This document shows, in pieces, positions 47,474 through 56,576 of a stretch of 64,000 nt of DNA (within the stretch, counting starts at the first letter, position 1; each line of letters opens with the position of its first letter). The notes beneath the pieces were generated by a model. The model saw nothing but the letters and a program-made list of their open reading frames with translations, made no database searches and was not told the origin of the DNA. The stretch is taken from positions 608,001 to 672,000 of the forward strand of contig OY970212.1 in assembly GCA_963713925.1 (NCBI GenBank). Direction: 5' to 3'. Origin of the DNA: an uncultured bacterium. Lineage in GTDB: Bacteria; Babelota; Babeliae; Babelales; Vermiphilaceae. Made by a program: the position numbers and the translations under genes.

Positions 47474-47524
47474 TCACAATTCCACGCGCGCGTGTATCAT
47501 TGAAATGGAATTAAAAGTCCGAGT
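47474..47524 (-). pseudogene. Displaced duplicate of the rodA 3' end
   Basis: 45 of 52 aligned positions identical to 50892..50943; reads NSISMIHARVEL* versus rodA NAISMVHAHVEL*. Confidence 0.88.
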
Positions 47525-47668
47525 AAGCGTATCTCATTTGCACCACATACCCGAAGAGAATCAGAAAATACAAGCTGAAGTGAAGGGATTTTTCATTGCA
47601 GTATTGTTGTTTTATATTCTATTATAAAAAAGCGATGCCAGTAAGGATGAATTCATGCGAGGGGTGCT

Positions 47669-49369
47669 ATGAAAAAGATGTTATTTGTTTTGTTCTCGGC
47701 CATTGTTTTTCTGCGCGCAGCAGATATTGATCAAAAAGAATCGGTACATATTCGTAATAAGCCTTCAGATAAAACGACTGTTATTTTCAGTGACGGAAAG
47801 AAATGGAATGACGCTGAAATAGATGTCTTGAAAGTTTCAGAAACGTTACGAAATATGGGCGAAGATATCGGAAATTTTGATGATATGCAGGTGAATCATA
47901 TCTCTTCGAAATTATTTATCGATATTTTATATCCGTTGATGAAAATCGCGAAAAATAAAAATATGGCGCAACAAGAACCGCTGAGCGAAAAAGATATGCG
48001 CAAAAAGCTTAAGGCCGACTTTCGAGCCTTGAATTTCGACGAAATAACCGAGCTTTTAAAAGCGGCCAATTTTTTTGACATTCAACCTGCGTTGCAACTT
48101 CTTGTAGATCGATGCGTTGAGCTGCTGCCGCTCAATTCACGGCAATTCGCGGGAGCCCCTGAACAATTTATACAATCTGTCGGTATACCTTCAGATTTAC
48201 AACCTTACTTTCAAAAATCTCCGCGCGTACTGAATAAGATATGGTCCGTGTTCATGGCAAAGCCGATCGCAACATTAAAGGACAACTATTCTCCCATCTT
48301 TTCCCCCAACGGAAAGTTGTTGGCAACAGTAAACCCAGTTACCAATTTACTATCTCGTAGGTCGATTAAAATATGGGATACTGAGACATGGAAGGTATTG
48401 CGTACATTAATCGGACATAAAGCACCAATAACGGATATCGCATTTTCACCGGATGGAAAATTATTGGCAGCCGGTTATAACAGCGGAATGATAAAATTAT
48501 GGGATGTTCAGACAGAAACCGTATCGCGCACCTTGACCGGTCATGCGAGTGCAGTAGGCAAAGTTGTTTTTTCCCCGGATGGATCTTTATTGGCAGCTGC
48601 TTCAAAAGACATGACGGTAAAAGTATGGGATACGCGGACATTGACCATCTTAAACACATTGACTGATCACAGGGGAGAAATAAAAGGAATAGCTTTTTCA
48701 CCCGACGGAACATTATTGATAACCGGTTCTCCTCATGATAAGGATGTAAAAGTTTGGAATGTTCAGACATGGAAATTGTCACACTCGTTACCCGGTCATA
48801 CTGATGGAATAAGAGCTGTTTGCTTTTCAAAAGATGGAAAATTATTGGCAACGGGTTCTGCTGATAATACGGCAAAAGTATGGGATACGCGGACATGGAC
48901 AGTATTGAGTACATTGGCCGGTCATACGAAACAGATACAAAGCATTTCATTTTCACCCGGTGGAACAATATTGGCAACAAAAGCCGCTGATGGGACGGCA
49001 AAAGTGTGGGATGTACCAACCGGGACGCTATTGCATACGTTGACCGGTTTTAAAGAAGACAGCGCACCTTCCATTTCGTTTTCTCCCAATGGAGCATTAT
49101 TGGCAACGGGAAGCTACGATATGAGCAAACTATGGAAAATGCCCGTTTCGCTGCCGATTGATATATTGTTAACTATGATGTTACTAACCGATCCTGAAGA
49201 TCAAAAGACAGACTTGTCGAAGGCAAAACAGTTTGCCCGTGATAAGATTAAAACCATTGGCGATAAAAAAACGAGACAGATATTACAAAACTATTTTGAT
49301 GGATTGTCTGGTTGGCCCGTTCCTATAAAATCTTTTTTGCGCAAGCTTATGCCCGCAAAGGAATCGTAA
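47669..49369 (+). CDS. Exported Skp1-like domain plus seven-repeat WD40 protein
   Basis: VIFSDGK...LKVSETLRNMGED and ITELLKAANFFDIQPALQL; seven (GH)...FSPDG...W(D/N/K) repeats. Confidence 0.88.
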   Translation: MKKMLFVLFSAIVFLRAADIDQKESVHIRNKPSDKTTVIFSDGKKWNDAEIDVLKVSETLRNMGEDIGNFDDMQVNHISSKLFIDILYPLMKIAKNKNMAQQEPLSEKDMRKKLKADFRALNFDEITELLKAANFFDIQPALQLLVDRCVELLPLNSRQFAGAPEQFIQSVGIPSDLQPYFQKSPRVLNKIWSVFMAKPIATLKDNYSPIFSPNGKLLATVNPVTNLLSRRSIKIWDTETWKVLRTLIGHKAPITDIAFSPDGKLLAAGYNSGMIKLWDVQTETVSRTLTGHASAVGKVVFSPDGSLLAAASKDMTVKVWDTRTLTILNTLTDHRGEIKGIAFSPDGTLLITGSPHDKDVKVWNVQTWKLSHSLPGHTDGIRAVCFSKDGKLLATGSADNTAKVWDTRTWTVLSTLAGHTKQIQSISFSPGGTILATKAADGTAKVWDVPTGTLLHTLTGFKEDSAPSISFSPNGALLATGSYDMSKLWKMPVSLPIDILLTMMLLTDPEDQKTDLSKAKQFARDKIKTIGDKKTRQILQNYFDGLSGWPVPIKSFLRKLMPAKES

Positions 49370-49399
49370 ACGATTAATGTTTTCAAAACTCAACAGAAT

Positions 49400-50719
49400 T
49401 TAACAAAAACTGTTGACCGTAACTGCCTGTGCTGCAGATTGACTTCCGGATGCCCCGACACCGACAATATAATAGGTATCGATAACAAACGGATGTCTGT
49501 TATGGTCAAAAAATTGCAATGGTTCGGTTGCAGGTATAGTAGCAGCGACTTGAGTCAGAGCGGCATCTCGAAAAATGATATATGAAACGGGAATATTTGT
49601 AGCGGGAGACGACCAGGTAATTTTGTTGATAAAATCAGTTTGTGTTAAGAAGATGTTGGCAAATCGACATCCTTGAACATTTGTTGGCCCGTTAACGGGA
49701 GTAGCAGGACAACCGAGCACGTAGACGGTGCTAGAGCTTTGTGAAGCAACATAGGCAAACTGGCCATTGGGGGTTATTGCTACTCCTCGGGGGGTAGGAA
49801 TACCTGTAACTGTTGCCACAACTGCGTTAGTAGTCGTGTTTATAATGCTCACGGTATTGTCACCAAAATTTGTGACATACGCGAATTGGCCATCAGGGGT
49901 TACGGTTACTCCTATAGGATTTACCCCAACGGGGATCGTCGCCACAACGGTGTTGGTAGCGGCATCAATAACGCTCACACTATTGCCACCAAAATTTGTG
50001 ACATAAACAAATAGACCGTCGGGAGTTATTGCTACTGCCATAGGCTCACTTCCAACGGGAATCGTTGTCACTGCCTCAGTAGTGGTGTTTATAACACTCA
50101 CGTTACTGCTTCCAGAATTTGCGACATATGCAAATTGGCCAGTGACAGGAGTTATGGCTATTCCCACAGGCCCAATTCCAACGGGGATTGTTGCCACAAG
50201 CGTGTTAGTGGTATCATAAACATCCACCACGTTAGTTTCATTATCTGTGATCCAGGCGAATAAGTCACTGGGATTTATTGCTACCCCTTCAAAGATGACG
50301 GTTCCAGTAGAACTGAACGACGCGCTAACCGTGTTGGTAGCGGTGTTTATAATGCTTACCTGGTCACTGGCGGGCGTCCCGGAATTACTTGCAATAGTTA
50401 CATAGACAGATTGACCGTCAGGAGTAATAGCTAGTGCCGATAAAGCAGGTTGTGGTATGCTGCCGATTAAGGGGACTGTAATGGTGCCCACCGCGTTAGT
50501 AGCGGTATTAATAAACCTGACTATCACACTACTTGTTCCTGCCTCTTTATTTATGACATACGCGAATTGGCCGTTAGGAGTTATGGCTATTGCTGTAGGG
50601 AGAGCTCCAACAGGGATCGTTTCTACAATTTCAGTCGGCATGTCGCATCCGCGCAACCACACAGTTGTTAAAAAAACCAAAGCGTGCAACATTCCAAAGC
50701 CAAAGGATTTAAACGTCAT
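49400..50719 (-). CDS. YVTN/YncE beta-propeller protein with an FN3-like C-terminal domain
   Basis: Repeats such as TIPVGSEPMAVAITPDGLFVYVTNFGGNSVSVID; C-terminal ITWSSP...SYIIFRD...YYIVGV. Confidence 0.88.
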   Translation of the reverse strand: MTFKSFGFGMLHALVFLTTVWLRGCDMPTEIVETIPVGALPTAIAITPNGQFAYVINKEAGTSSVIVRFINTATNAVGTITVPLIGSIPQPALSALAITPDGQSVYVTIASNSGTPASDQVSIINTATNTVSASFSSTGTVIFEGVAINPSDLFAWITDNETNVVDVYDTTNTLVATIPVGIGPVGIAITPVTGQFAYVANSGSSNVSVINTTTEAVTTIPVGSEPMAVAITPDGLFVYVTNFGGNSVSVIDAATNTVVATIPVGVNPIGVTVTPDGQFAYVTNFGDNTVSIINTTTNAVVATVTGIPTPRGVAITPNGQFAYVASQSSSTVYVLGCPATPVNGPTNVQGCRFANIFLTQTDFINKITWSSPATNIPVSYIIFRDAALTQVAATIPATEPLQFFDHNRHPFVIDTYYIVGVGASGSQSAAQAVTVNSFC

Positions 50720-50891
50720 AAAAGTTCCTTTAATTATACCCAAGTTCATTTTCATTCACTTGGAGCCCATTATTTTAAATTCAGAACATTTTGGGGCTTA
50801 GTTTTAGGTTTTTTCTTATACTTTATGAAATTACTTTTTGTGGGAATTCGAAATCAAGAGATTGAGTTTTGCATCTTGTAACGTGAAAAAA

Positions 50892-51995
50892 TTACAATTC
50901 CACGTGCGCGTGCACCATTGAAATGGCATTGAAAAGCCCGAGTGTTGCAAATGTGATGAGTAAATTGCTCAATCCATAACTCACAAATGGAAGTGGTATG
51001 CCCACGATGGGCAACAAGCCCGTTACCATTGCGATGTTAATGATCATCGAAAGAAGTGCGTGAATAATAAGGCCAAAAGCACACACCTGAATAATTGGCT
51101 GATCTACTTTATACAAAATGCTTAACAGACGCGCAAAAAGAAGTATGTACAATAACAATAATCCAAGCGCGCCTAAAAAGCCCCATTCTTCGCAGATGAC
51201 GGCAAAAATAAAGTCGGTCCTGCTCTCGGGTAAAAAATGAAGTTTGTTTTGTGTGCCGGCCAGATATCCTTTGCCGGAAAATCCGCCTGATCCAATGGCA
51301 ATTTTAGACTGTTCAATCTGGTACCGCTCTTTGCGTTGATCGCCCTGGCCTAAGAATACGAGCACTCGCTTTTTTTGATAATCGCGCAAAATGTGCCATG
51401 AAAGCGGCGCAGTAATCAGACAGAAAATAAATCCATATAAGAAAAATTTTTTTGAAATTCCTGATAACCACAAGAGCATAAGCGCCGAAAATAAAAAAAT
51501 AAGCGCTGTTCCCAAATCGGGTTGTTTTAAAATGAGAAGAAAGCTGGTGACAATGGTGGCAAGCAGTGGAACAAACTCGGTAAATGTAAATCTAAAAGTC
51601 TCTTTGCGCGTGTAGAGGTAGCCTGAGGCAAAAATAGGAAAGGCGAGTTTAATAAGTTCTGCCGGTTGTATTTTTAAGATTCCCAAATCAATCCAGCGCT
51701 GGGCTCCCATACCGATGCTGCCTTTGATAATGGTGAATAGCAACAGCCCAATAACACTCAAATATAAAAGGCTTCCCCACGGCATAAGCGAACGATAATC
51801 AATAAAAGAACACAGCCAATACAAACTGATTCCGGCGATAAAACCGATAAATTGCTTTTTAAAAAAGATTGAATAGATCATGTCAGGTCTGTAGGTCGCA
51901 CTTAACACAAAAGACAAGCCAAAGAGGCAAATGCACACGATCAGGAAGAAGCTGATCCAATCAAAGTAACGGAGGTAGCGCAGCGAAAGGAACAT
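50892..51995 (-). CDS. rodA: Rod shape-determining SEDS protein RodA
   Basis: GMGAQRWIDLG, QPAELIK, QPDLGTA, IAIGSGG, FLPESRTDFIF, GIPLPFVSYG. Confidence 0.92.
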   Translation of the reverse strand: MFLSLRYLRYFDWISFFLIVCICLFGLSFVLSATYRPDMIYSIFFKKQFIGFIAGISLYWLCSFIDYRSLMPWGSLLYLSVIGLLLFTIIKGSIGMGAQRWIDLGILKIQPAELIKLAFPIFASGYLYTRKETFRFTFTEFVPLLATIVTSFLLILKQPDLGTALIFLFSALMLLWLSGISKKFFLYGFIFCLITAPLSWHILRDYQKKRVLVFLGQGDQRKERYQIEQSKIAIGSGGFSGKGYLAGTQNKLHFLPESRTDFIFAVICEEWGFLGALGLLLLYILLFARLLSILYKVDQPIIQVCAFGLIIHALLSMIINIAMVTGLLPIVGIPLPFVSYGLSNLLITFATLGLFNAISMVHAHVEL

Positions 51996-52042
51996 GGTGA
52001 TCCATACCCAATAAGGTGGTGTTAATTTTTTTAAAAGTTGTT

Positions 52043-52548
52043 GCCCCTGCGCGGGGCGTGCGCCAAAGAGGGATGCTGCCATCCCCTTTGGAATCCAAGC
52101 ACTTAAAACCAAGGTTTTAAGAAATCCTTCATCCGTTTCAAACCTCGACGCACACAATTTCTTCGAAATTGCTTCGGTCTCGAGAAACTACCGGATTTTT
52201 TTATTTTACCATAGCCGATCTTGGGTCATTGTCAATTAGTTTGGAATTGTAAATCTCGCATTAATAAAGAAAAAAAGTCTGATGAGGTTCACCGAACCAA
52301 TGGAACAATTTTGTTAAAAATTGTGTATGGTGAGTTGAAGCTCAAGGAATTTTTAAAACCTTGGTTTTAAACGCCCGAAATGCAAAAACGGTGGCGAGAC
52401 CGTTTTTGCCGCCTGCCCACGCGCAGTGGGCTAAATGTTCTTCTGGTGCTCGCCCCTGCATAAGGGGCTAAAACGTTCTCTTGCCCTCCCGCGGGGAGCG
52501 GGATTTCCAAAAGGGTTTCCTTTGTGGTGACCGACCCTCACGCAAGGT
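52043..52548. repeat. Large inverted pair of multi-hairpin elements (family D)
   Basis: 52103..52129 versus reverse complement of 52344..52370 is 25/27 identical; further paired modules on both arms. Confidence 0.75.
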
Positions 52549-52938
52549 CTAACTCATCTTTTTACACTCAGCAATAGTTGCCTTAAGCGCCATAATACTG
52601 TCTTCTGCTTTTGATACACATTTTTCATCGCCGGATTTGCAGGAGCGAACAAGCTCGTTACATTCCTCAACGCATTCTTTGCATACTTCAATGCAGTTAA
52701 CGAGCATTTGCTTTTTCTTGCGATCGGTTTCCTGCGCAAGAGCACTGTTGCATTCCGCCATGCAAGCATTGCATGCATTGATTGATTGTGTGACTTGCGC
52801 AGTGGTTTTTCCAATTTCGCGCGCACATTCTTGGAGATCTGAGCCAACGCATTTTGCGATTAAGATTTGTAATTCATTAATTGATTTTTCACTTTGATTG
52901 ATGCAATGTTGGCAGGCTTGTTTGAGAGAGTTGTTCAT
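52549..52938 (-). CDS. Cys-rich four-helix-bundle protein, copper-storage (Csp/DUF326)-like
   Basis: CQHC, CNACMAEC, CIEVCKECVEEC; no signal peptide; GAGG RBS. Confidence 0.6.
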   Translation of the reverse strand: MNNSLKQACQHCINQSEKSINELQILIAKCVGSDLQECAREIGKTTAQVTQSINACNACMAECNSALAQETDRKKKQMLVNCIEVCKECVEECNELVRSCKSGDEKCVSKAEDSIMALKATIAECKKMS

Positions 52939-52953
52939 AATAATTTCCTCATT

Positions 52954-52989
52954 TATACCCAAACGTCGTTAGCACTTCGTTTGGGGCCC
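52954..52989 (-). repeat. Family-A palindrome abutting an RBS
   Basis: Reverse complement gggccccaaacgaagtgctaacgacgtttgggtata followed by aatgagg. Confidence 0.85.
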
Positions 52990-53038
52990 ATTAATAATGA
53001 TTTTAGTTTGTTTTATCATGCCGTAAAATCTTGCGGCT

Positions 53039-53947
53039 TTACAAGTCTAATGTGTGCGGCAATAGAACAGTATGTCCATCAGTCGATTGATGAAGTGGCA
53101 TGATTTCGTGGTCACCTGCAGCTTGATATAAGCGCTCATACGCATATTTCAACACGCGAGCACGAGCCGTTTCAACGGCTCTCCAGACAGCATTGCTTGC
53201 ACATTGCGTGTTATACAACAATGACCAATGAGAATCACTCGCTTTGACATAATTGATATCAGCTTTGACGAATGTATCGAAAGCAATGATTGGCAATTTT
53301 TCGCGGATGGTTTCAAGTAAGGAACGATTAACCGGTTCTTCCGTATGTTCTGTGCTATCAAGTTCGTCGATATCGATTTCGGCTAGCTCATCACCCAGGC
53401 GAGTCACCCCTTTAAATATCCAATTGAGGCTTGAACATTCTTCTATGAGCGCTTTTACGTCAGTGAGCGCAGCAGTAATTTGAACGCGCGTTTCTGCCTT
53501 GACCGCTTCAAGAAATGTTTGAATGGTTTTATTTTTAATGCAGTGTGCGGTGAAGATGCGTGTTGAGAGGGCGTCATAATCATCAAGAATTTTTTCATAC
53601 TGTTCAAGAGTTTGATGCGTTTGTTCTGATAGATGAGTCAGTTTCTGCAAGGCATCGGCATGGGGGGCAGACTTTGAGGGATTTCTTCGTCGATGCGTTA
53701 TAATTTGCCAGCTTTTCCAACTTGCATCCAACAGCTCAAGAGTTGCTTTTTGGGCATGTATCGTGCCCATCGATCGTTGGTACCCGGCATGGAGCCAGTT
53801 GAGTGCATATGAAATATCGTCAGGATTAATGTCATCCGAGAGTCCAATGTCATCGGTCATTCGGTCAAAGAGTGGAAAGTTTGCGTATGCATTGTGCACA
53901 AGGCATAAAAGGGATATCGAAAAAGTATTGAATAAAAATTGTTTCAT
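53039..53947 (-). CDS. Exported helical hypothetical protein
   Basis: AGGA RBS; signal ending AYA. Confidence 0.75.
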   Translation of the reverse strand: MKQFLFNTFSISLLCLVHNAYANFPLFDRMTDDIGLSDDINPDDISYALNWLHAGYQRSMGTIHAQKATLELLDASWKSWQIITHRRRNPSKSAPHADALQKLTHLSEQTHQTLEQYEKILDDYDALSTRIFTAHCIKNKTIQTFLEAVKAETRVQITAALTDVKALIEECSSLNWIFKGVTRLGDELAEIDIDELDSTEHTEEPVNRSLLETIREKLPIIAFDTFVKADINYVKASDSHWSLLYNTQCASNAVWRAVETARARVLKYAYERLYQAAGDHEIMPLHQSTDGHTVLLPHTLDL

Positions 53948-54086
53948 TGCATTCCTATTGAAAAATGGTGGTCTCAAAGCCGTAGGCTCAATATACCTTT
54001 TTTACAAAAAAAGATGCAATAACGATTTTAAACTTGATGAACGAAATAGTGGATTGAAATGTTGAAATGGCTTTTAAAAATGGCCG

Positions 54087-54210
54087 TGCCAGGCGTAGCT
54101 TCCAGCCGCCGCTCTTTCGAGCTATGGCGGACACGTGCCGAGCCAAAATTGGGCCCCAAGTGAAGCAATGCGTAACTTGGGTAAATAAGGCCCGGATAAG
54201 CGTAGACTGG
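54087..54210 (-). repeat. Family-B palindrome interrupted by a family-B and a family-A insert, abutting the tRNA-Pro 3' end
   Basis: Removing about 54100..54135 and 54148..54186 restores a close match to the reverse complement of 5239..5287. Confidence 0.75.
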
Positions 54211-54283
54211 TCGGGGCGGCCAGACTCGAACTGGCAACCCCTCGCTCCCAAAGCGAGTGCGCTACCAATTGCGCCACGCCCCG
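54208..54283 (-). tRNA. tRNA-Pro(TGG)
   Basis: CGGGGCG acceptor stem, CTCGC-TT-TGG-GA-GCGAG, TTCGA loop, CCA. Confidence 0.96.
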
Positions 54284-54287
54284 AAAA

Positions 54288-54366
54288 TATACCCCACGCT
54301 CCGCGCGGGGACCCCGAAATACACCTATGCTACCCGCCTTCGCCTTTTGGCTATTGCGGGACAGGC
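54288..54366. repeat. Family-A (54288..54315) and family-B (54333..54366) palindromes upstream of tRNA-Pro
   Basis: Reverse complement ggggtccccgcgcggagcgtggggtata; cccgccttcgccttttggctattgcgggacagg. Confidence 0.7.
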
Positions 54367-54502
54367 TATTTGGGATTCCGACCAAATTATGATATTTCAA
54401 ATTTTTGACCGACATCTGAATTGCGTAAGTAAACTGATGCCGTATAAAGTTGTATAAAATTTATATGTTTTTTTGCGTGCTTGCAAGTCTTTTTTTAACG
54501 CT

Positions 54503-54883
54503 TTACCCGACAACCGTATACTCATCTTCGTGATGACACTGCTTTTTTGAACGTTTGTTGAAAATCGAAAGCCCATGAAAGAGTAAGGCATAAATGCCGA
54601 CAAATGAGGTGACCCCAATAAAGGCCGCAAGTTTCGGATTTTTTTGTGTAAAAGCAGAGATGTTTTGCGCTGATGGATTCTTTTTCAAGAAGGTGCAGAG
54701 ATCTGTATATGCTTTTATAATATCATCCGGAACAGTGAGGTTAAAAAGGGGAAGTCTGTATGATCGATTTGATAAAGCATTTTCAAGCATTTTATTGACC
54801 TCAATGGGTGACGATGTATTGGTGGAAGCATTGAGGCTGGTGATGGTAACTAAAAAAAACGTCATTTTCAGAAGGGTAAACAT
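54503..54883 (-). CDS. Exported protein with a C-terminal hydrophobic helix
   Basis: Signal ending LNA; LAAFIGVTSFVGIYALLF. Confidence 0.7.
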   Translation of the reverse strand: MFTLLKMTFFLVTITSLNASTNTSSPIEVNKMLENALSNRSYRLPLFNLTVPDDIIKAYTDLCTFLKKNPSAQNISAFTQKNPKLAAFIGVTSFVGIYALLFHGLSIFNKRSKKQCHHEDEYTVVG

Positions 54884-54995
54884 AGCTTATTCTCAATTAA
54901 AGGGATTAATAGCTTACTATATAAAACATAGCCGGTTTTGGAATAAGTGTAAAAAAAAAGACACCCGAAAGTCGGGTGTCCCAGAATTGATGAAG

Positions 54996-56075
54996 TTACT
55001 TTCGTTTGACTGAAGCTGCGCCGGATTTCTCAATAAAATTGCGAGCATTTCCAGAATAACGTACTGAGCTACATCCAGATGCATCTCCCGTGATATTTTT
55101 TTCTGCATTTATGAGCACTTCTGATGCCCCGGATGCATCGACTGATGTGAAATCAGTTTTCAATGCATGAGCGTCGAGTTTGCTGGCGCCGGATGATTCA
55201 TTTTTGTGGCTTTCAACTAGTCCGTCTACTTTTATATCACTTGCACCAGAAATATGAGTTTTCAAAGTCATTGCTAATATATTTTTAATTCGCATCTTCG
55301 AGGCGCCATCTGAAACAACTGTAACACGATTGGTTTTTTCTCCGGTATGATCAGAACTAATGTGTGAAGCTCCGGAACTTATGATTCGGGCATCCTGAGA
55401 AAATCGATTGTTTAAAAGAGCCTCAATGCGAGAGCTGCCACGAGCCGAAAGCTTTTTTATTTCAGAATTGCTGATGACCACATTTGATTGGCCTTCAGAA
55501 GAAAATACATTTTTTGTTGAGAGGCGAGCGAGTATTTTGCACGGAGTTGTTGTGAAATTGCTGCTGTAGATTCCCTCAGGCATATCAAAGGTTAGTTTGC
55601 CGTCTATATTTGAGAATGTAAAAATATCTTTTACGCCCTCGTCGCAAATAACTTCGCCAGTATGGGCGGGATCCAGATGAACGTGGGCAACTGTAGATGG
55701 AACGTCTGCAGAAGTGACTTCCGGATTTATTTTTGTTGAAAATGTCTTGCCAGTTTGTTTTATGGACTTGATATCTGATTCGTTAACTTTTTTGTTATTG
55801 ACGTATGGCTGTCCATTAATAAAGTTTATGTTTTTTCCACGAGCAAAATATTGCTTGCCATTGATGGTAACAAAGCTAATTCCTTGCCCATAAAAGCTGG
55901 CGCTTGAATTTACCATATTGTTGCCAAACATAGTTTGTGTTATGGTTGACCCATTGCCAAAGGTGGCGGAAAATTGAACATTGTTATGGCCGTCAGAACT
56001 TCCAAACCAACCAAAGGCGGATTGTGTCAATAACAGACCTGTTAAAGCAGGGATAAACATCTTCTTTGAGAACAT
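54996..56075 (-). CDS. GIN-domain (DUF2807-like) exported protein
   Basis: Recurrent SGAS beta-helix repeats ending GDASGCSSVRYSGN; terminator at 54951..54980. Confidence 0.8.
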   Translation of the reverse strand: MFSKKMFIPALTGLLLTQSAFGWFGSSDGHNNVQFSATFGNGSTITQTMFGNNMVNSSASFYGQGISFVTINGKQYFARGKNINFINGQPYVNNKKVNESDIKSIKQTGKTFSTKINPEVTSADVPSTVAHVHLDPAHTGEVICDEGVKDIFTFSNIDGKLTFDMPEGIYSSNFTTTPCKILARLSTKNVFSSEGQSNVVISNSEIKKLSARGSSRIEALLNNRFSQDARIISSGASHISSDHTGEKTNRVTVVSDGASKMRIKNILAMTLKTHISGASDIKVDGLVESHKNESSGASKLDAHALKTDFTSVDASGASEVLINAEKNITGDASGCSSVRYSGNARNFIEKSGAASVKRK

Positions 56076-56175
56076 ACTGAACTCCATTAAAATATTGATT
56101 TTTTCTCTATATAATAGAGCATATCAGAAATAAAAAAAGTGTCAATTTGAATAATCTTCAGGTTGGGTAGATGTT

Positions 56176-56565
56176 TTACACAATATGTAGAGCGGAACAA
56201 AGGACATGAATAGAAAGGGTGAGCTCGGGAGTCGCTCCTGGATGGGTCTCAAAGGCCATCGAAGATTGATGTCCCTGACCTTTGCCAATGATGGTTACGG
56301 AACTGGCGGTTGATTTGATAATGATTTTGGTTGGTGTGTTGGGAGAAAGTTTGAAACTCACATCACTGAAATATGCATGATACACATGTGTGCCGCGGAA
56401 TCGATCGGTATCGATATAGGCCATGGTGAATGCAGCTGAATTGTCATTCGGATTTGATCGGATAAATCGCCTGTAGAGCCAGACAAGCACAAGCGCAAGA
56501 CCGGCAATAATAAAAAGAGGAATAATGATAAGGCTTAGTTTCATACGAAAATCCAAGTCGGTCAT
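56176..56565 (-). CDS. Membrane-anchored hypothetical protein
   Basis: Starts just after tRNA-His (ATG at 56565 or 56544); N-terminal hydrophobic helix. Confidence 0.6.
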   Translation of the reverse strand: MTDLDFRMKLSLIIIPLFIIAGLALVLVWLYRRFIRSNPNDNSAAFTMAYIDTDRFRGTHVYHAYFSDVSFKLSPNTPTKIIIKSTASSVTIIGKGQGHQSSMAFETHPGATPELTLSIHVLCSALHIV

Positions 56566-56576
56566 GAAATATATTT

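Noticed and set aside
51996..52157. N-terminal extension of rodA
   Set aside because: It overlaps family-D repeats; RodA similarity begins near ATG 51995.
52043..52548. RNase P RNA, tmRNA or SRP RNA
   Set aside because: Their conserved signatures were not found by eye; the inverted modular layout fits repeats better. An Rfam scan would settle it.
53988..54457. Several overlapping ORFs around tRNA-Pro
   Set aside because: They overlap the tRNA and repeats and are judged spurious.
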